Shown here piece after piece: positions 29,358-45,365 of a stretch of 64,000 nt of DNA. Position numbers and translations under genes: made by a program. The DNA comes from the human T2T-CHM13v2.0 reference genome, Homo sapiens. Position 1 is the first letter of the stretch. Every line of letters begins with the position of its first letter. The notes under the pieces are model-generated. The model saw nothing but the letters and a program-made list of their open reading frames with translations. It was not told the origin of the DNA and made no database searches. The stretch lies in the NCBI RefSeq assembly GCF_009914755.1, contig NC_060942.1; one strand, written 5' to 3'.

Positions 29358-31809
29358 CATGATTTCATTCCTTTGTATGGCTGAATAGTACTCTAGTGTA
29401 TATATGCACCACATTTTCTTTATCCATTCATCCGTTGATGGGCATTTAGGTTGATTCCATATCTTTGCTGTCGGGAACAGAGCTACAATAAACTTGTAAG
29501 TGCAGGTATCCCTTTGATGTACTGATTTCCTTTCTTTTGGATGGATACTTGGTAGTGGGATTGCTGGATGGTATTCTATTTTTAATTTTCTGAGAAATCT
29601 CCAAACTTTTCCATAGCAGTTGTACTAATTTACATTCCCACTAACAGTGTAAAAGAGGTTCCCTTTTCTCCACACCCTCGCCAGTAACTGTTATTTTTTG
29701 TCTTTGTGATAATAGCCATTCTAACCGGGGTGAGATGCTATCTCATTGTGATTTTGATACCTTTCCCTGATGATTAGTGATGTTGAGAATTTTTTCATAT
29801 ATTAGCCATTTGTATCTTTTTTGAGAAATGTCTTCCAAGTCCTTTGCCCATTTTTTAATGGGATTATTTGGAGTTTTCTTCACTGTTGAGGTACTTGAAT
29901 TTCTTGTATATTCTGGATATTAGTCCCTTGTCAGATGAGTAATTTGCAAATATTTTCTCTCATTCGAGGGTTGTCTCTTTACCCTCTTGATTCTTTTTGC
30001 TATGGAGGAGTTTTATAGTTTGATAGCCCCATTTGTCTACTTTTTTGTTTCCTGTGCATTTGAGGTCTTAGCTCTAAAATCTTTGCCTAGACCAATGTCC
30101 TAAAGAGTTTTCCATGTGCTTTTTTTTTTTACTAGTTTTATAATTTTGAGTCTCACATTTAAGTCTTTAATTCATTTTGAGTTGACTTTTATATGTGGTG
30201 AGAAATAGGGATCCAGTTTCATTCTTCTGCATATGGTTATCCAGTCTTCCCAGCACCATTTATTGAAGATGGTATTCGTCCCTCAGTGTATGTATGTTGG
30301 TGGCTTTATCAAAGATCGTTTGGCTGTAAATATGCAGATTTATTTCTGGGTTCTCTGTTCTGTTTCATTGGTCTCTGTGTCTGTTTTTATACCAACACTG
30401 TGCTCTCTCAGTCCCTGTAATATATTTTGAAGTGATTCCTCCAGCTTTGTTCTATTTGCTCAGGATTGCTTTGGCTATTCAGGCTCTTTTTTGTTTCCAT
30501 ACATGTTTATGGATTGTTTTTTCTATTTCTGTGAAAAATGACATTGATATTTTGATGGGGATTACATTGAGTCTGTAGACTGCTTTGGGCAGCTTGGTCA
30601 CTGTAATGACATTAATTCTTCTGATCTATGAGCATGGGAGGTTTTTCCATTTGTTTGTGTCTGCTTCAGTTTCTTCCATCAGCGTTTTGTAGTTTTCTTT
30701 GTAGAGATCTTTCACCTCCTTGGTTAAAGTTATTCCTAGTTGTTTGTTGTTGTTGTTGTTGTTTGTTTTGATAGCTATTGTAAATGAGATTGCCTTGATT
30801 TCTTTTTCAGCTGTTTCATTATTGGTGTGTAAAAATGCTACTGATTTTTGTATTTTGACTTTGTATCTGCAACGTTACTGAATTTGATTATCAGTTGTTA
30901 GTCAAATGTGTTTTCTGCTTGTGTTGAAATTATTATATGGTTTTTGTCCTTCATTCTGTTTATGTGATGTATGACGTTTATTGACTTGCATATTTTGAAC
31001 CATGCTTGCATCCCTGGTATAAATTCCATTTGATCATGTTGTATTATCTTTTCGATGTGCCATTGGATTCAGTTTGCTAATATTTTGTTGAGGATTTTTA
31101 CATCTTTTCATCAGGGATGTTGGCCTATAGTTTTCTTTTTTTGTTGTGTCCTTCTCTGGTTGTGGAATCAGGGTGATGCTGGCTTTGTAGAATGGGTTAG
31201 GGAGAATCCCCTCCTCTTCAATTTTTTGGAGTAGTTGCAAGAAGATTGGTGTTAGTTCTTCTTTGTACTAATTTGTAATTCTTTGTACTTCTTTGTGGTA
31301 ATGCTTTGGTAGAATTCTGCAGTGAGTCCATCTGGTCCCCAGCTTTTCTTTGTTAGGAGACTTTTTATTACTGAATTGGTCTATTCAGATTTTCTGTTAC
31401 TTTCTGGTTTGATTTTGGCAGGTTGTATATTTCCAGGACTGTATCCATTCCCTCTAGGTTTTTCAGTTTGTTGCATATAGTTCATAATAGTCTCTGGTGA
31501 TTTTCGGTATTTCTGTGATATCAGTTGTAATGTCCCCTTTTTTATTTCTGATTTTGTTTGGATCTCCTTTCTTCTTAGTTAGTCTAGTTAGCAGTTTATC
31601 TTTTCAGAGAACTGATTTTTCATTCCATAGATCCTTTGCATTTTTTTAAGTCTCTGTATTTTGTTTAGTTCTGCTGTGATCTTTATTATTTCTTCTGCTA
31701 GCATGAGGTTTAGTTTGTTTTTGCTTTTTTTAGTACCTTGAGGTGTGTATCACTATAGTGTTTATTTAAAATATTTATTTGTGTTTATTGCTATAAACCT
31801 CTTTTTTAG

Positions 31810-32214
<405 letters not shown>

Positions 32215-32752
32215 TAATTTCTTCATTGATCTAGTGGTCGTTCATGAGCATATTGTTTAATTTTTGTGTATTTGTATAGTGTTCAAAGTTCCTTTTGGTA
32301 TTGATTTCTAGTTTCATCCCATTGTGGAATACACTGTGATTTCAAGTTTTAAAAATTTGTTGAGACTAGTTTTGTGGCCTAACATGGTCAGTCACATGTT
32401 CCATGTGCTGATGAGAAGAATGTGTATTCTGCAGTTGTTGGATAAAATGTTCTGAAAGTGTCTGTTAGGTCCTTTGGTCTGAAGTCCAGTATAAGTCCAG
32501 TGTTTCTTTATTTTCTATCTAGATGATCTGTCTAATGCTGACAGTGATGTGTTGAAGTCCCCCGTTACTATTGTATTGGAGTCTTCCTTTGTATCTAGGA
32601 GTATTTGCTTTGTAAATCTGGGTGCTGCAGTGTTGGGTTCATATATTATTTTGAATTGTTATATTCTCTTGCTGTAATGATCTCTTTATCATTATATGAT
32701 TACCTTTTTTGTCTTTTTTTAAACTTTTTTTGACTTAAAGATATTTTATCCG

Positions 32753-33070
<318 letters not shown>

Positions 33071-33904
33071 TTATTATAGCTACTCTTGCTTGCTTTTGGT
33101 TTCCATTTGTGTGGAATATCTTTTATTTTCAATCTGTATGTGTCCTCACAGGTAAAATACATTTCTTATAGGCAACATATAGTTGGATCATGTTTTTTTA
33201 CCCATTCAGCTAGTCTGTGTCTATTAAGTGGAGAATTTAACCCATTTATATTCAATTTTATTGATATGTGAAGATTTGTTTCTGTTGTATTGTTGTTTTC
33301 AGGTTATTTTGTGTATTATTCTTTGTTCCTTTTTGTCTTGGTTGTCCTTGTTGTGTGCTGATTTTCTGTGGTACTACCATTTGATTATTTTCTCTTTCTC
33401 ATTTGTGTATTTGCTTTACCAGTGAGTTTTATATTTTCAGGTGTTTTCATGGTAGTAACTATTGTTCTTTCACTGCCAGGTTTAGGACTCCCTTGAGCAT
33501 TTCTGTTAAGGCAGGTCTAGTGGTGATGAATTCTCAGTATTTGCTTGTCTGGGAAAGATTCTATTTCTTCTTCGTTTATGAAGGATAATTTTGTTGGATG
33601 TAGTATCTTTGGGTGACATTTTCTTTCTTTCAGCACTTATTTTCCTATTATATCCTGGCCTATAAGGTTTCTGCTGAGAAGTCTGCTGTTAGTCTGATGG
33701 TGGTGGGGGGAGGCCTCTCTGTAGGTGACTGGATACTTTTCTCTTAGTGTTTTAGAATTTTCTCTCTGTTATTGACTTTAGACAGTTGGACTATAATGTG
33801 CTGTGGAAACCTTTTTGCATTGGGGAACACTGGGCCTCCTGCATCTGAATGTCTGAATCTCTTGCTAGACTTGGGAAGTTTTCATCTGCTATTTTGATAA
33901 ATAG

Positions 33905-34381
<477 letters not shown>

Positions 34382-36334
34382 TGAGATTGTTTCTTCTGCT
34401 TGGTCTAGTCTGTTGTTGAAGTTTTTTTAGTGTATTTTGTATTTCATTCAAGGAGTTCTTCAGTTCCAGAATTTTTGTTTGGTTCTTTTTTATGATATCT
34501 TTCTGGTAAATTTCTCATTCCTATCTTGAATGGTTTTTCTGATTTCTTTGTATTGTCTTTGGAATTCTCTTATATCTCACTGAGATTCCTTAGTATCATA
34601 GTTTTGAATTTTTTCCCCCAGGATTCTTGAATTTCTTTTTGATTGGGATCTGTTGCTCAGGAATTACTGTGGGGGTGTCATATTTCCTTCTTTTTTCATG
34701 TTTCCTTTTGTCCTACATTCATACCTGTGTATCTGGTGTAACAGTTACTTCTTCCAGCTTTTTGAGTTTGCTTTCATAGGGGAGAGCTTCTTCCCAAAGA
34801 TTATATCAATGGTGTTAGTTGGATAGGGCCTTTTGGCTTTGATTCTGGGTGCGCGTGATAGTGCAGTGTAATGTGTATGATTTCTTTGGCTATAAACAAT
34901 GTCATTGGTATCTGTGATTTACTTGGTTGTTTAGGGTGCAGTTAGTGGAGTTTATGGTGAAGTTTTGCTAGGGACAGACATGTCAGGTGGGCCAGTCTTT
35001 GGCCCCAGTGGTGGCAGTGGTGGGCTGAACATGCCTTATTCTGAGCCCCAGCCCATCATATTCTGGCACTGGTGTCAGCAGGACCAGGTGGGTCAATTCT
35101 TAGATGTCCAGGTAGCTTACTTAGATGCCAGTAACGGCACAGTGGGCTGGGCAGGTGAACAGGTTCTCAGGTCCCAGCGTGGTAGGGGCAGTGCCAGTGG
35201 TGGGATGATCCCCTGGATTCTAAGTAGTGAATGCTGGTGTTGGCAGTGGCTGTGGTGCAGGGTTACCACACAGTCCCAGACAACAACTCTCAGGCTTTCT
35301 CACTCTCTTCAGCAGAGCCGCACAGAATGGAGAAGGAATCCACCCTTCGTACACAGGCCCCAGCACAAAGGCCATGCCACCAGTAGGGGCACAGTCACCA
35401 CTCACAGGCCTAGACAGGCAGCTCTCTGTTTCGCTCACCCCAGCCTCCCGTGGTAGCAGCAACAGCTGTGCCTGCAATGGTGTTTGGAGCGGCAGAAGGG
35501 ATCCCACTCTACATGTGAGCCCAGGCACAGAAGCTGCTCCACCAGTGGCGGGGCGACGGGGGATCTCTCTCTCACAAGGCTGAGCACACAGTTTGTGCTG
35601 CTGGTGGTGGGGTCACTTTTCACAGCTGTATGCAGGGAGCTCTGGGCTCTAGAAAGCTGTTGCTTTAGTTTCCTTTGTCCCAGGGGCTTCGTTTTTGGTA
35701 CAGTGCACCATTATTTCCCTGGAGAATACTCTCTTGAGTTAGAGTACCAGAAACCCCATAGCACCTTTGGGTCCAGCCAACACTGTGCCACTATAGTCCT
35801 CTGGGTGGAGACTGGGGGAATGTCAGTGGAAGCTCCTGGGATGTGGAGATATGGGGGCTATGGTTCCCAGGGCAGGATGAAGTCTCCTGACAGCTGGGCT
35901 GTCGTGGTGGTGCCCAGTTCCAGCCGCTTAGGTACCAGAGGCGGGGAAAGGGGATAGTGACCCAGTGCAAGTTCCCTGTCTGGTGCAGTGCTTGTGCAGG
36001 GTCTCCAAATCGCTGCCCACACTAGTTTCAGGGTTGGTATGGGTAGAGGAGCTCTCTTGTAGTTCAGATTGCAGCAGTTTGTGATGGGGTTGTGGACTAC
36101 TAAAGTTCTCACTTACTCTTTCCCCTGGCCCAGTATTGAGCCCCTCACAGCTGCCAGCAGATCTCAGACAAGTAGGCTGCTTGGTTCCTTCCCCTTCTCT
36201 GCCTCAAGAGTTTCCTGTGACTTCTCTGTTGGACTTTAATGTTCTCTTCCTAGATACCCTATTCAAGGTATGATTACCTATTTGCAATTTTGGCTCACTC
36301 TGGAGAGGGTGGGTGTCTGATATCTCTATAGTCT

Positions 36335-36343
36335 GCCATCTTG
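36335..36343 (-). promoter_or_regulatory. YY1-type motif (CAAGATGGC) at the L1 5' end
   Basis: gccatcttg sits at the terminus of the GC-rich L1 5' UTR, the usual position for this motif. Activity unknown. Confidence 0.55.
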
Positions 36344-36432
36344 TTTAATTCTTTATGATAAGTTAAAAAATTAATTCATCATCATAAGAGGATGATAGAG
36401 AGCCAGTTTGTCATCTTAAAAAATAGGCCAAT

Positions 36433-36548
36433 AGCTAGGCATAATGATGCATACCTGATGTCTTAGTTACTTAGAAGGCTGAGGTGGGAAGATCCCTTGA
36501 GGCCAGCCTGGGCAACATAGAAAGATCATGCCTGTTAACAAAAACAAA
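36433..36548 (+). mobile_element. Degenerate Alu monomer
   Basis: gaaggctgaggtgggaagatcccttgaggccagcctgggcaacatag plus A-rich tail. Confidence 0.75.
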
Positions 36549-37539
36549 AATTGAATAGGAAGAAAAATCATTTATCTTGCCTTCGTTATATGAACTCTGT
36601 CACTGGATAATTTCATCATAGGTAAAGAGAAGTATCTTTATAATATTAATCCAGCTAAAAAGAAAAAAAGTTAAAATATTACTATTTTGCCATAGTTAAT
36701 ATATCTCTAAGCATTGAATATCAACAGTTGCTAACACCACATAAAGAGAAAAAGAATATACTATATACTTGCACACCTGATGAAAGAATATACTGTACTC
36801 CTGCTATGGCCTTATCAAAGGGATCAAACCTTAGTCTCTTCATCCTCAGGATCCAGCTACCAATTTGCAGGAAATGCCAAGCTCAGCGGAGCAAGTTGAA
36901 CTATACCAAGTGTATGCAATCAGCAAATTCCAGATTGTGAGAAAGCCAAACAGCCTTGGTTCTTTAACAGATATTTTGTGTGGAAAAGAAACAGAAGAAG
37001 ACCATGTAGAAAAAAATAAAAATGATTTAAAAGGCTCATCAGACTTTAATGGGCAAGACTGAGAAATATGTGTTTAATAGTTGATTTATTCTTCTCTGGG
37101 AAAATCTTATAGAAAACTCAGGTAAGATAAATGGCATATATAATATCTAGATATTGAGGGACTTTTTTTTTTTTTTAGTACTAAGAAATTTTTAAGATTA
37201 TATGTTAAGGGAAAAGCCTTATATGTTTTCTATGCTTTTGAGAAGGGACCAGCAATAGTGATAGTTCTTTTGTTTAACTTAGGAAACAATCACGGCTTCA
37301 ACTAAACTATCACCCATCCAAAAGTGGAACTAACTTAGGAAGAGGAGACAGGGAAAGTGGGGAATGAAGAAGAAAAATATAACAATGGTAAAGGATTGAC
37401 ATCGATATTTGAAGGAAATAACGAATGGAGCTAAAACTATAGAAAAAATTGTGAAGGTGGCAACTTTGCTTTTAGTATCTATTTTCACCTCTTCACTATC
37501 CAATAAAAATAAGTGAGCTTACCAACCCTCCAGGATTGC

Positions 37540-38900
37540 CTAGAAAAGTGAGAGAATGATAAATTTAAACAAACAGAATGTTAACCCACCTAAGTGAAAC
37601 TATTAGAGGAAACAGCTTCAACAACAACAAAAATGGGCACTTAAGAAAATTCAAGTACAGCATAAAAATACTTTTCTGAGCTTAAAACTCAGTTGATGAA
37701 GTGGGGGATAGTCACTGTGGAGACTTAAATTATTCAACTGGAGACTTCAATTATTAGACTGGAAAAATAAGATAAATCTCCAAAACATAGAGCAAAAATT
37801 CAAAGAGAATCATGAAAGAAAAGGTAAAAGACCTAAGGAATAGATCCAGGAGACGTAACAGAACTAACATGTGTATAATAGTTATTTATAGGAATTTAAA
37901 AAGGAGAAAAACAGATGGAAGATAGATAATATTTATGCAAATAATAGAAGAAAATTTTTCTGAGCCGAAAAAGCCTATCAGTTTTGAAGTTCACTGAGCT
38001 TCAGATTGATTTGATGAAAACACACATATATACCCCTTGACATACATTGGCCAGATTCTTTAGCTATGAAGTGACAAGTTATGGGCAAAGAAATACTGTC
38101 AGGTTGGCACTGGACTTCAGATTTGCAATACTGGAAGATAGACTACTGAGAGAAAAGAACTGCAACATAAGAATCCTGTACCTGGCTGAGATACTACTCA
38201 CCTGTCAGGGTAAAAGGATAATTGCAAACATTTAAAGATTTTAAAAGCATATAAATACATATATTTTCTTACACATTTTAAAAAAAGAAATAGTGGGAGA
38301 ATAAACCAACAACTTATGAAGTGGTTACCTAATAAGGAAAGGGTTAAAAAGGGAGGTTATGCAAATTTTACCATCTTTTTGAAAAACAGTCTAGCAACAG
38401 CTAACAAAACTCAAGAGTCCTAGAGATACATACTTGAAATATCTATCAATGAAATGATAGGATATGAACAAGATCTTCAAAATGATACAGGGATGGGGTG
38501 AATGGAGGTGTGAATTGGTCAAAGATTGATGGTCACTGGAGCTGAGACAAATTGTCTCTATAACATTCTGTCCACTTGTGTGTAAGTACAAAATTTACCA
38601 TCACAAAAATGCTCTTAAAAATACTCATGCTTCATGATCTAGCAGTCAAACTTGTGGGAGTATCCTATGTTTATTATAACATTCTTTTTAGGGGCAAAAA
38701 ATATAGCCATCACTAGGGGATTGGTTGATTAAATCAATGTATAGCCTCACCATAAACTATTGCACAGCCATGGAAAAGCATGTCAGTGCTGTGCCTGGAG
38801 TTGTAGGGTTACTTGAAGACATTTTTATAAGGTATTGTTGAGTTCAAAAAATCAAGAATAGTTATATCTCATTTTTGTAAAATGAACAGTGTTTTTAAAA
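37540..38900 (+). mobile_element. Ancient L1M fragments (ORF1-like and 3' regions)
   Basis: A-rich; motifs gaatagatccaggaga, aaataatagaagaaaattttt; boundaries approximate. Confidence 0.5.
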
Positions 38901-39099
38901 TCTGTATGTATGTTTACGTACATGTTTGTGTAAAATTTTATTAGCATGGAGCGAAATCTGGAAGGATGTATACCAGGCCATTAAGGAGACGTGTCTTAGG
39001 TAGCTAGTGGCAGAGGAGATGATGATTTGGATGGATGGAAAGGTCAAAGTACAGTCGGACACAATCATTGATAATTTTTTTACACATATATTTACAAGA

Positions 39100-39950
39100 C
39101 TCAACAAAATCTTCTCCTGCCCTGCATCCCCGTTTATTTAATCATTTATGCCCTTCCCTTCACAACTAAGCTTCTTAAGGTACATTGTAGACTGACTCCT
39201 CCATGGAACCTAGTTTTACTAAGTTTGCACATGCTGTCACTGCCAGACCCCTCAGTGGTATTTCAGTCCTTATCCTTTGAAATTCTCCATAGAATTTGAC
39301 ACTGTTGACCATATTCTTCCTAAAATTCTCTTGCCTTGGTTCTTGGGACAAAGTTCTCCTTGGCTTTCGTCCAGCTCCCCAGACTCTTCCTTCTCAATTT
39401 CCTCCTAGATTCTTGTCTTCGTAACTTCCTCATTTCCTTTCCATAAACACCCCTGTGTTGGTTTTCTCAAGATTTTTACTTTCTGGACCCTCTTCTCATG
39501 CTGCATACTCTCTCAAGTAAATTTCACCCACACTTAGAGTTTTTACTACCATTTATGTAATGATTTTAAAATACATCTATCTCAGACATTTCTCTTAAGC
39601 TTCAAACTTACATATTTGGCTGTTCTCTGAATATTTCCACCTGGATTTCCTCAGCAAAATCTCAAAAATCAGCATACCCCCACCATTACACTCCTCTTCG
39701 TGTTCTATCTTAATTAGTGTAACATCATTCATCTGCACATATAAGTCATACACTCGAGAGTCATCTAAACTCCTCTTCTTCCTTTTCCTTCTTTCAATTA
39801 TTCAACAGCTGTTTTTGAGCACTCATTATAGGTTAGGCATTGCTTAGGTACTGAGGATACAGCTGATTAAGAAAATGGAGAAAACATAAAACATAATTGA
39901 CTCCTGTCAATTTCAGCTTTCAAAATTTTTGTAAGTCCATCTTCCAGCTA
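39100..39950 (-). mobile_element. L2 fragments
   Basis: Pyrimidine-rich; atttgacactgttgaccat and atatttccacctggat are L2-like. Confidence 0.55.
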
Positions 39951-40052
39951 AACTGAGAGTCCTTTGAACGTTTTTGTCCAGTCTAAACTGGAATAAAGAT
40001 CATAATAGCTGAAATTGCATTAACTTCGGTGAGAAAGAGAGTAATATTTTAA

Positions 40053-40352
40053 GGCTGGGTGCAGTGGCTCACGCCTGTAATCCCAGCAGTTTGGGAGGCC
40101 GAGACGGGTGAATCACCTGAGTCCAGGAGTTCAAGACCATCCCAGGCAACATGGTGAAACCCCATCTTTACAGAAAATACAAAAATTAGCAGGGCATGGT
40201 GGCACGCACCAGGAGTCCCAGCTATTCGGGATGGGGCTGAGGTAGGAGGTTCACTTGAGCCTGGGAGGTCGAGGCTGCCATGAGCTGTGTTTGCACCACT
40301 GTACTCCAACCTGGACAACAGAGTGAGACCCTGTCTCAAAGGAAAGAAAATA
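40053..40352 (+). mobile_element. Alu (AluJ/S-like)
   Basis: Full dimer. Confidence 0.93.
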
Positions 40353-43300
40353 AGATTTTAAAGGTAAAAATTGTTTATATGATATGTTAACTGTTATGCT
40401 ATTCTAAATATTACATATTTGGCTGCCCTCTGGATATTAAGAAATCTCAAAAATCGCTACTAATTCTTTTAATTGCTGTCGCTTCTGAAAATTGTAGCTA
40501 TGAAAAGCAGCTTTGTTATAAACTTGCTTTTAGAAAGAAGTGCTGCAACAAATTTTCCCACGGAAGAAGGGAGGTATTTTATTTCAACTTACATGTTTAA
40601 TTAGTGCAGAACACACCTTCTAGAACCTTTTTGATTTTCACTGATCTTGATTGTTTCATGTGTTCATCAGCTATGTATTGATTTTTCAGAATATTTATTT
40701 TCCACATGGTGAATGTGCCTGAATTATTGCTTGGTCAAAGTCCCTCAAGGAATGATACAAAAATCATCAGTAAGTATCATATAAAGATTTTGGAGTTGCT
40801 GAAAAAGACTGATGAAAATACCCAAAATTTATTACTTAATTTACATGAGGTCCTTGTTAGATTTAACTGTACCAAACTTCATCCAATCTAAATTCAGAAC
40901 ATACTAATATATAATCATGTAACTGCCCATAGATGTTTGTATATATGAAGCCAGATAGCATTATCTAATAATATAGCACATCATCTATGTGACAGATACA
41001 CTTTAAGTGTTGAAAGTTAAAGAATAACCAAGATTATTAATTTCAGAACTTAATAAATTTGGAGTAACTAAGAGGGTATCATGTACGTAGCATTCTAAAT
41101 GTGGTTTATTCATTAGTCATTGTGCTTTATGCCAGTGCTACTCAGAGTAGCCTTTCCATTAACTGTTTGTTACCAGCCCTCAAGATAAGGAGCTTGTGCC
41201 AGAATGTCTGTCAGTACATTGCTTCCTTAATCAGAAAGGAAAAAATATTATGGAAAAAAATGTCCACTAAAATAAGTAGTGTGCTTTGTGATGTAATTGA
41301 TTTCCATGTTTGGTACCAGCTCTTTATTTTATGATGGTTTAGTAATAAACAATTTGCAGGTTTGCCTGTCTTTATGGACCACACTTTGAGTAGCAGTTTT
41401 ATGTCATGTGTATCAGACATTTATGATATTGTTGCAGGAATACATGTCCTGATTAATACAGCTTATTTGTGTATAAATGTTTGGCACTTTTAAATTTGCA
41501 TAATTCTTTAGTCTTTTTTCCCCTAACTTCTGCCTTTTTCCATTAGTCTAAGTCCATGTTACCTTCCTCTATAGAAATTCTGTCCAGCAATAGTGTTTGC
41601 TTCAAATGATTGCTTCTTGCTACGGTGCGAGAACTCAGTCATATTCAGAAAACCAGATCTTGCTCATAAACCATAATCGTGGAAATGGAGAAGTGGGTAA
41701 CTTGTCACATAACACCCCTCCCGCATACTTACTGACACTCATTAATTGCCAAAGTAGAGGTTTTGTTAACAACTTTGCCAGACACTGGTTTTATTACTTA
41801 GAATGTCTAATGAGCAAAGTTTAAAATGCCAGTCATTGTCAAAAGAGCTATTCACCATTTTCTACCTTACCTTGTCAGTAAACTGGCTTTATTAAGTGGC
41901 TCCTATAAATGCTCCTCACTTGCATACTTCAACTTAATCAAGAAAAATGCTCCATTAATAAATAGGCAAGCTACTTCTAGAGCTCACTGAAGACAGATTA
42001 GGAGACTTGAAATTACAGTAGTATGTTGTTACCCACTGGTTTACTGAGTGCGTTTCTGTGTCATAAAATAAACAAAATGACCAGGACTTTGAAGCCTACT
42101 TTTCTCAGTGTTATAACAGTAAATTGTACTATTATAAATATATTGTCATAATTTGTACAACTTATTTCCTCAGTTTTATATTTCAGGAACTATGAAAATA
42201 CAACTGTTGGTACTTACTTACAATGGAGTTCTAATAGTTAATAAGAGATCCAAAAAAAATTATTTAAGTCAAAATGTACCAGAATTTTTTATCAAATGGA
42301 TTATGTGATGTTAACAGTTCACCATAAGTAGGGAGAAGCATTAGCTTAGGAAGTTTTAAAGTAAATTTTTTTAACCTAGAAGCATAAAGACTACAAGAAG
42401 AGGTTACATCGGGTGTTTTTAGTATGTCCAAATATATATATCAACAAATTTGATGATCGGGAATCTAGACTTGATAGAGCATTTTATAGAGTAGTTTGCA
42501 TATGAGTATACCTATAATAAAAGATTTTTCATTTAACATGTAGTTAAAATGTAAATAGTATTTTATTTTTGTCCTTTTTAAATGACGTCTTAGTAGCTTC
42601 TAGTGTATTTATTAGATAATAGTTCAAGTCTCGTACAAAAAAATTGCAATCCATTAGTAAACCAAGAACCTTGTTTTATTTAAGCAGGACTATTAGCTAC
42701 CTCCTTGATTAAGCCTATTTCTGAGGTTGTTGAATAGCAGCAAGCATCAAGTTTGGTGTTCAGCACCTTTGTCACATATCCCTGTGATGTGAGTGCTTAG
42801 AAAAATTAAATAGGCACTTAGGTATCTGTTATGTGCAGAGGGCTGAGCATACAGCATGGTAGGCAATGAGGTATTCTTTAATGAACACTTCAAGTGTTTT
42901 GCATGCTTTAGTTTTCCTCCTCTGCTTTCTAACGTATGTGGTGTGCTTTACACACAGATTTCTGAATCTTAGTTTTTTAAACTTTTTAAATGTATATATC
43001 ACCAACTTGCTTCTACCTCTGTCTTAAGCAAACAGAACACATACAGATGTAAATTAATTATATCAGCCTAGCTCCAAAGCCCAAGAGTTTTAAATTCCAG
43101 GTAGTTTTTTTTTTTTTTCAAAAGAAAAATACATGTCAATGTTACCTAGAGGAAAAAAGGAAAGAAATTGCGAATACCTAAATTAACATACACTGTAAGA
43201 AATCACTTTTAGCAGTGTCTATAAGTCAAAATATCTTTGACTTGCACATATGTATATATATACACACACACACACATATCAGAAAAATAAATGGCAAATT

Positions 43301-45067
43301 CTGCTTGCAGCTGCAGTGTTTTCTGGATGGCTGCAAATTAATGTAAGTCTTTAAACTTTAGGGTACACAAGACTATTAAGTATCTTTCTTTGAAGTTCAT
43401 ATAAATGTAGACAAATTTCAAATGTATTTGCCCAAAAAATGTAGTTATTTATTGCAAATACCAAAGCTAATAGGTTTTTTGTTTAAAATATTAACTTGAT
43501 GTGTTTTCCTTAGAAACTGAATTTCTACCAGTGCCTAGCAACTTAAAGTGAGTCTGTCACATAATTATAGTAGTGAGATGTTGCTGAATATTTAAGACTA
43601 AAACTCTCCATAAAGGGTACATTTGGGCAGAACACCAAAAAATGACCTTTGGCTTAAAAATATTATATATGCATACAAAAAAAAAAATGAGTTCAGCTTT
43701 AGCTATCTCATCCTGTCTGCAGAAAAATGTTTTATCTAGCCATGGGTTAAAAGGACCTCCATGTAATGTATATATTTATGATGGAATAGCCGAGACTGGG
43801 TAATTTTGTCAGTTTCCTTTAGCGACATCAAAATTTTTGTAGTGATACAAGTCTTATTTTCAGAGGAAAAATTCTTGATTGATTATAGAATCAAATTCTG
43901 TTTTACTGATAATTTAGTAGAAAGACGTATGATTGAGGGGAGTACAGAGTGATGTGGTACTTGATTTTATTTTGTATGTAGATTTTGCTTTTAGACTTAA
44001 GATATTTTCAGCTATTGATTATATTCTCTTCCTTCCCATCTCACACTTAAAGTCTTAACTGTAATCTCTTACCAATATGTAATACTATAGTAATACAATG
44101 AAAATAAGTTCTTATCTGGCATACTTACCTCTGAACAGATGTGTATGACTTCTTTTGTAAAGTAGAATTAAAATTCATAACCTTTGCTTTAGAAAATTGA
44201 AATTTAGAAATGGAAATTTAGAAGAGACTCTGTAAAATTACCTCATATTTTATTTTCCTGTTTCTAAACTACCTTGCTCAATCAGTTTGGGGATGTGAAA
44301 GCTGTAAAGACTTGTTTCCCAAAGTGCAGGTGCATTTTTCTGTTACTTGTTTAGGCAACATAAATAACAGTTACATGTACATAATTCTTGAATACATTAG
44401 TTTTAGTTAGTGGGCTGTTTGTGTAACAAAGGAGCCACTCAATAGGAGACATAGAGTCCTGCTGCAGATGTGAAATGTTCCTCCCAATGATGCCCCAGAG
44501 AATCTCTGAAATTCAGAGTCAGCTGGTTCAGGGAACCAGCCTCAGCTGAGATCACTACTAACAAGCCTCTCACTCAGAGGAGACTCTCCACAAAACTGCT
44601 GAAAAATGAGTTTTCCCCTGTATCAATATGAAAAGAAATCCAGAGATTTGAGGAAAATCAAGTGAATGACAGATAAGAAGGGACAGCATGAACAAACACA
44701 ACGGTTGATCCTCAAACATAAATAATGTAGGAAGCAGCAGGGTAAGTTCCTAGTATCCTTGGAGGTTACACAGGGCAGTGGATCCACCAACCATAACAAA
44801 AAGCTGCAGTGAAAGAGGGTAATCAGAGACCAAGAAAGTCCTTGGAATTCAAGATAATATATGATTACTAAAGTAAATATTCTGTCAAGGACTAAAGAAT
44901 AGACTAGACATTGCTGAAGATCTAATTTGATGACATATGAAGAATGTGGAAAACAAAGATGTTGGAAATATGAGGAAAATGGTTTTTAAAAAATGGACAA
45001 AACATACATTATCTTACAAAATGCAAATGTTAGGAAAATAGTTTTTTAAATTGAAGAAAGTGTCTTG

Positions 45068-45365
<298 letters not shown>

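Noticed and set aside
34965-36112. Cluster of 60-163 aa ORFs on both strands
   Set aside because: Falls within the GC-rich L1 5' UTR where stops are scarce; no recognisable protein.
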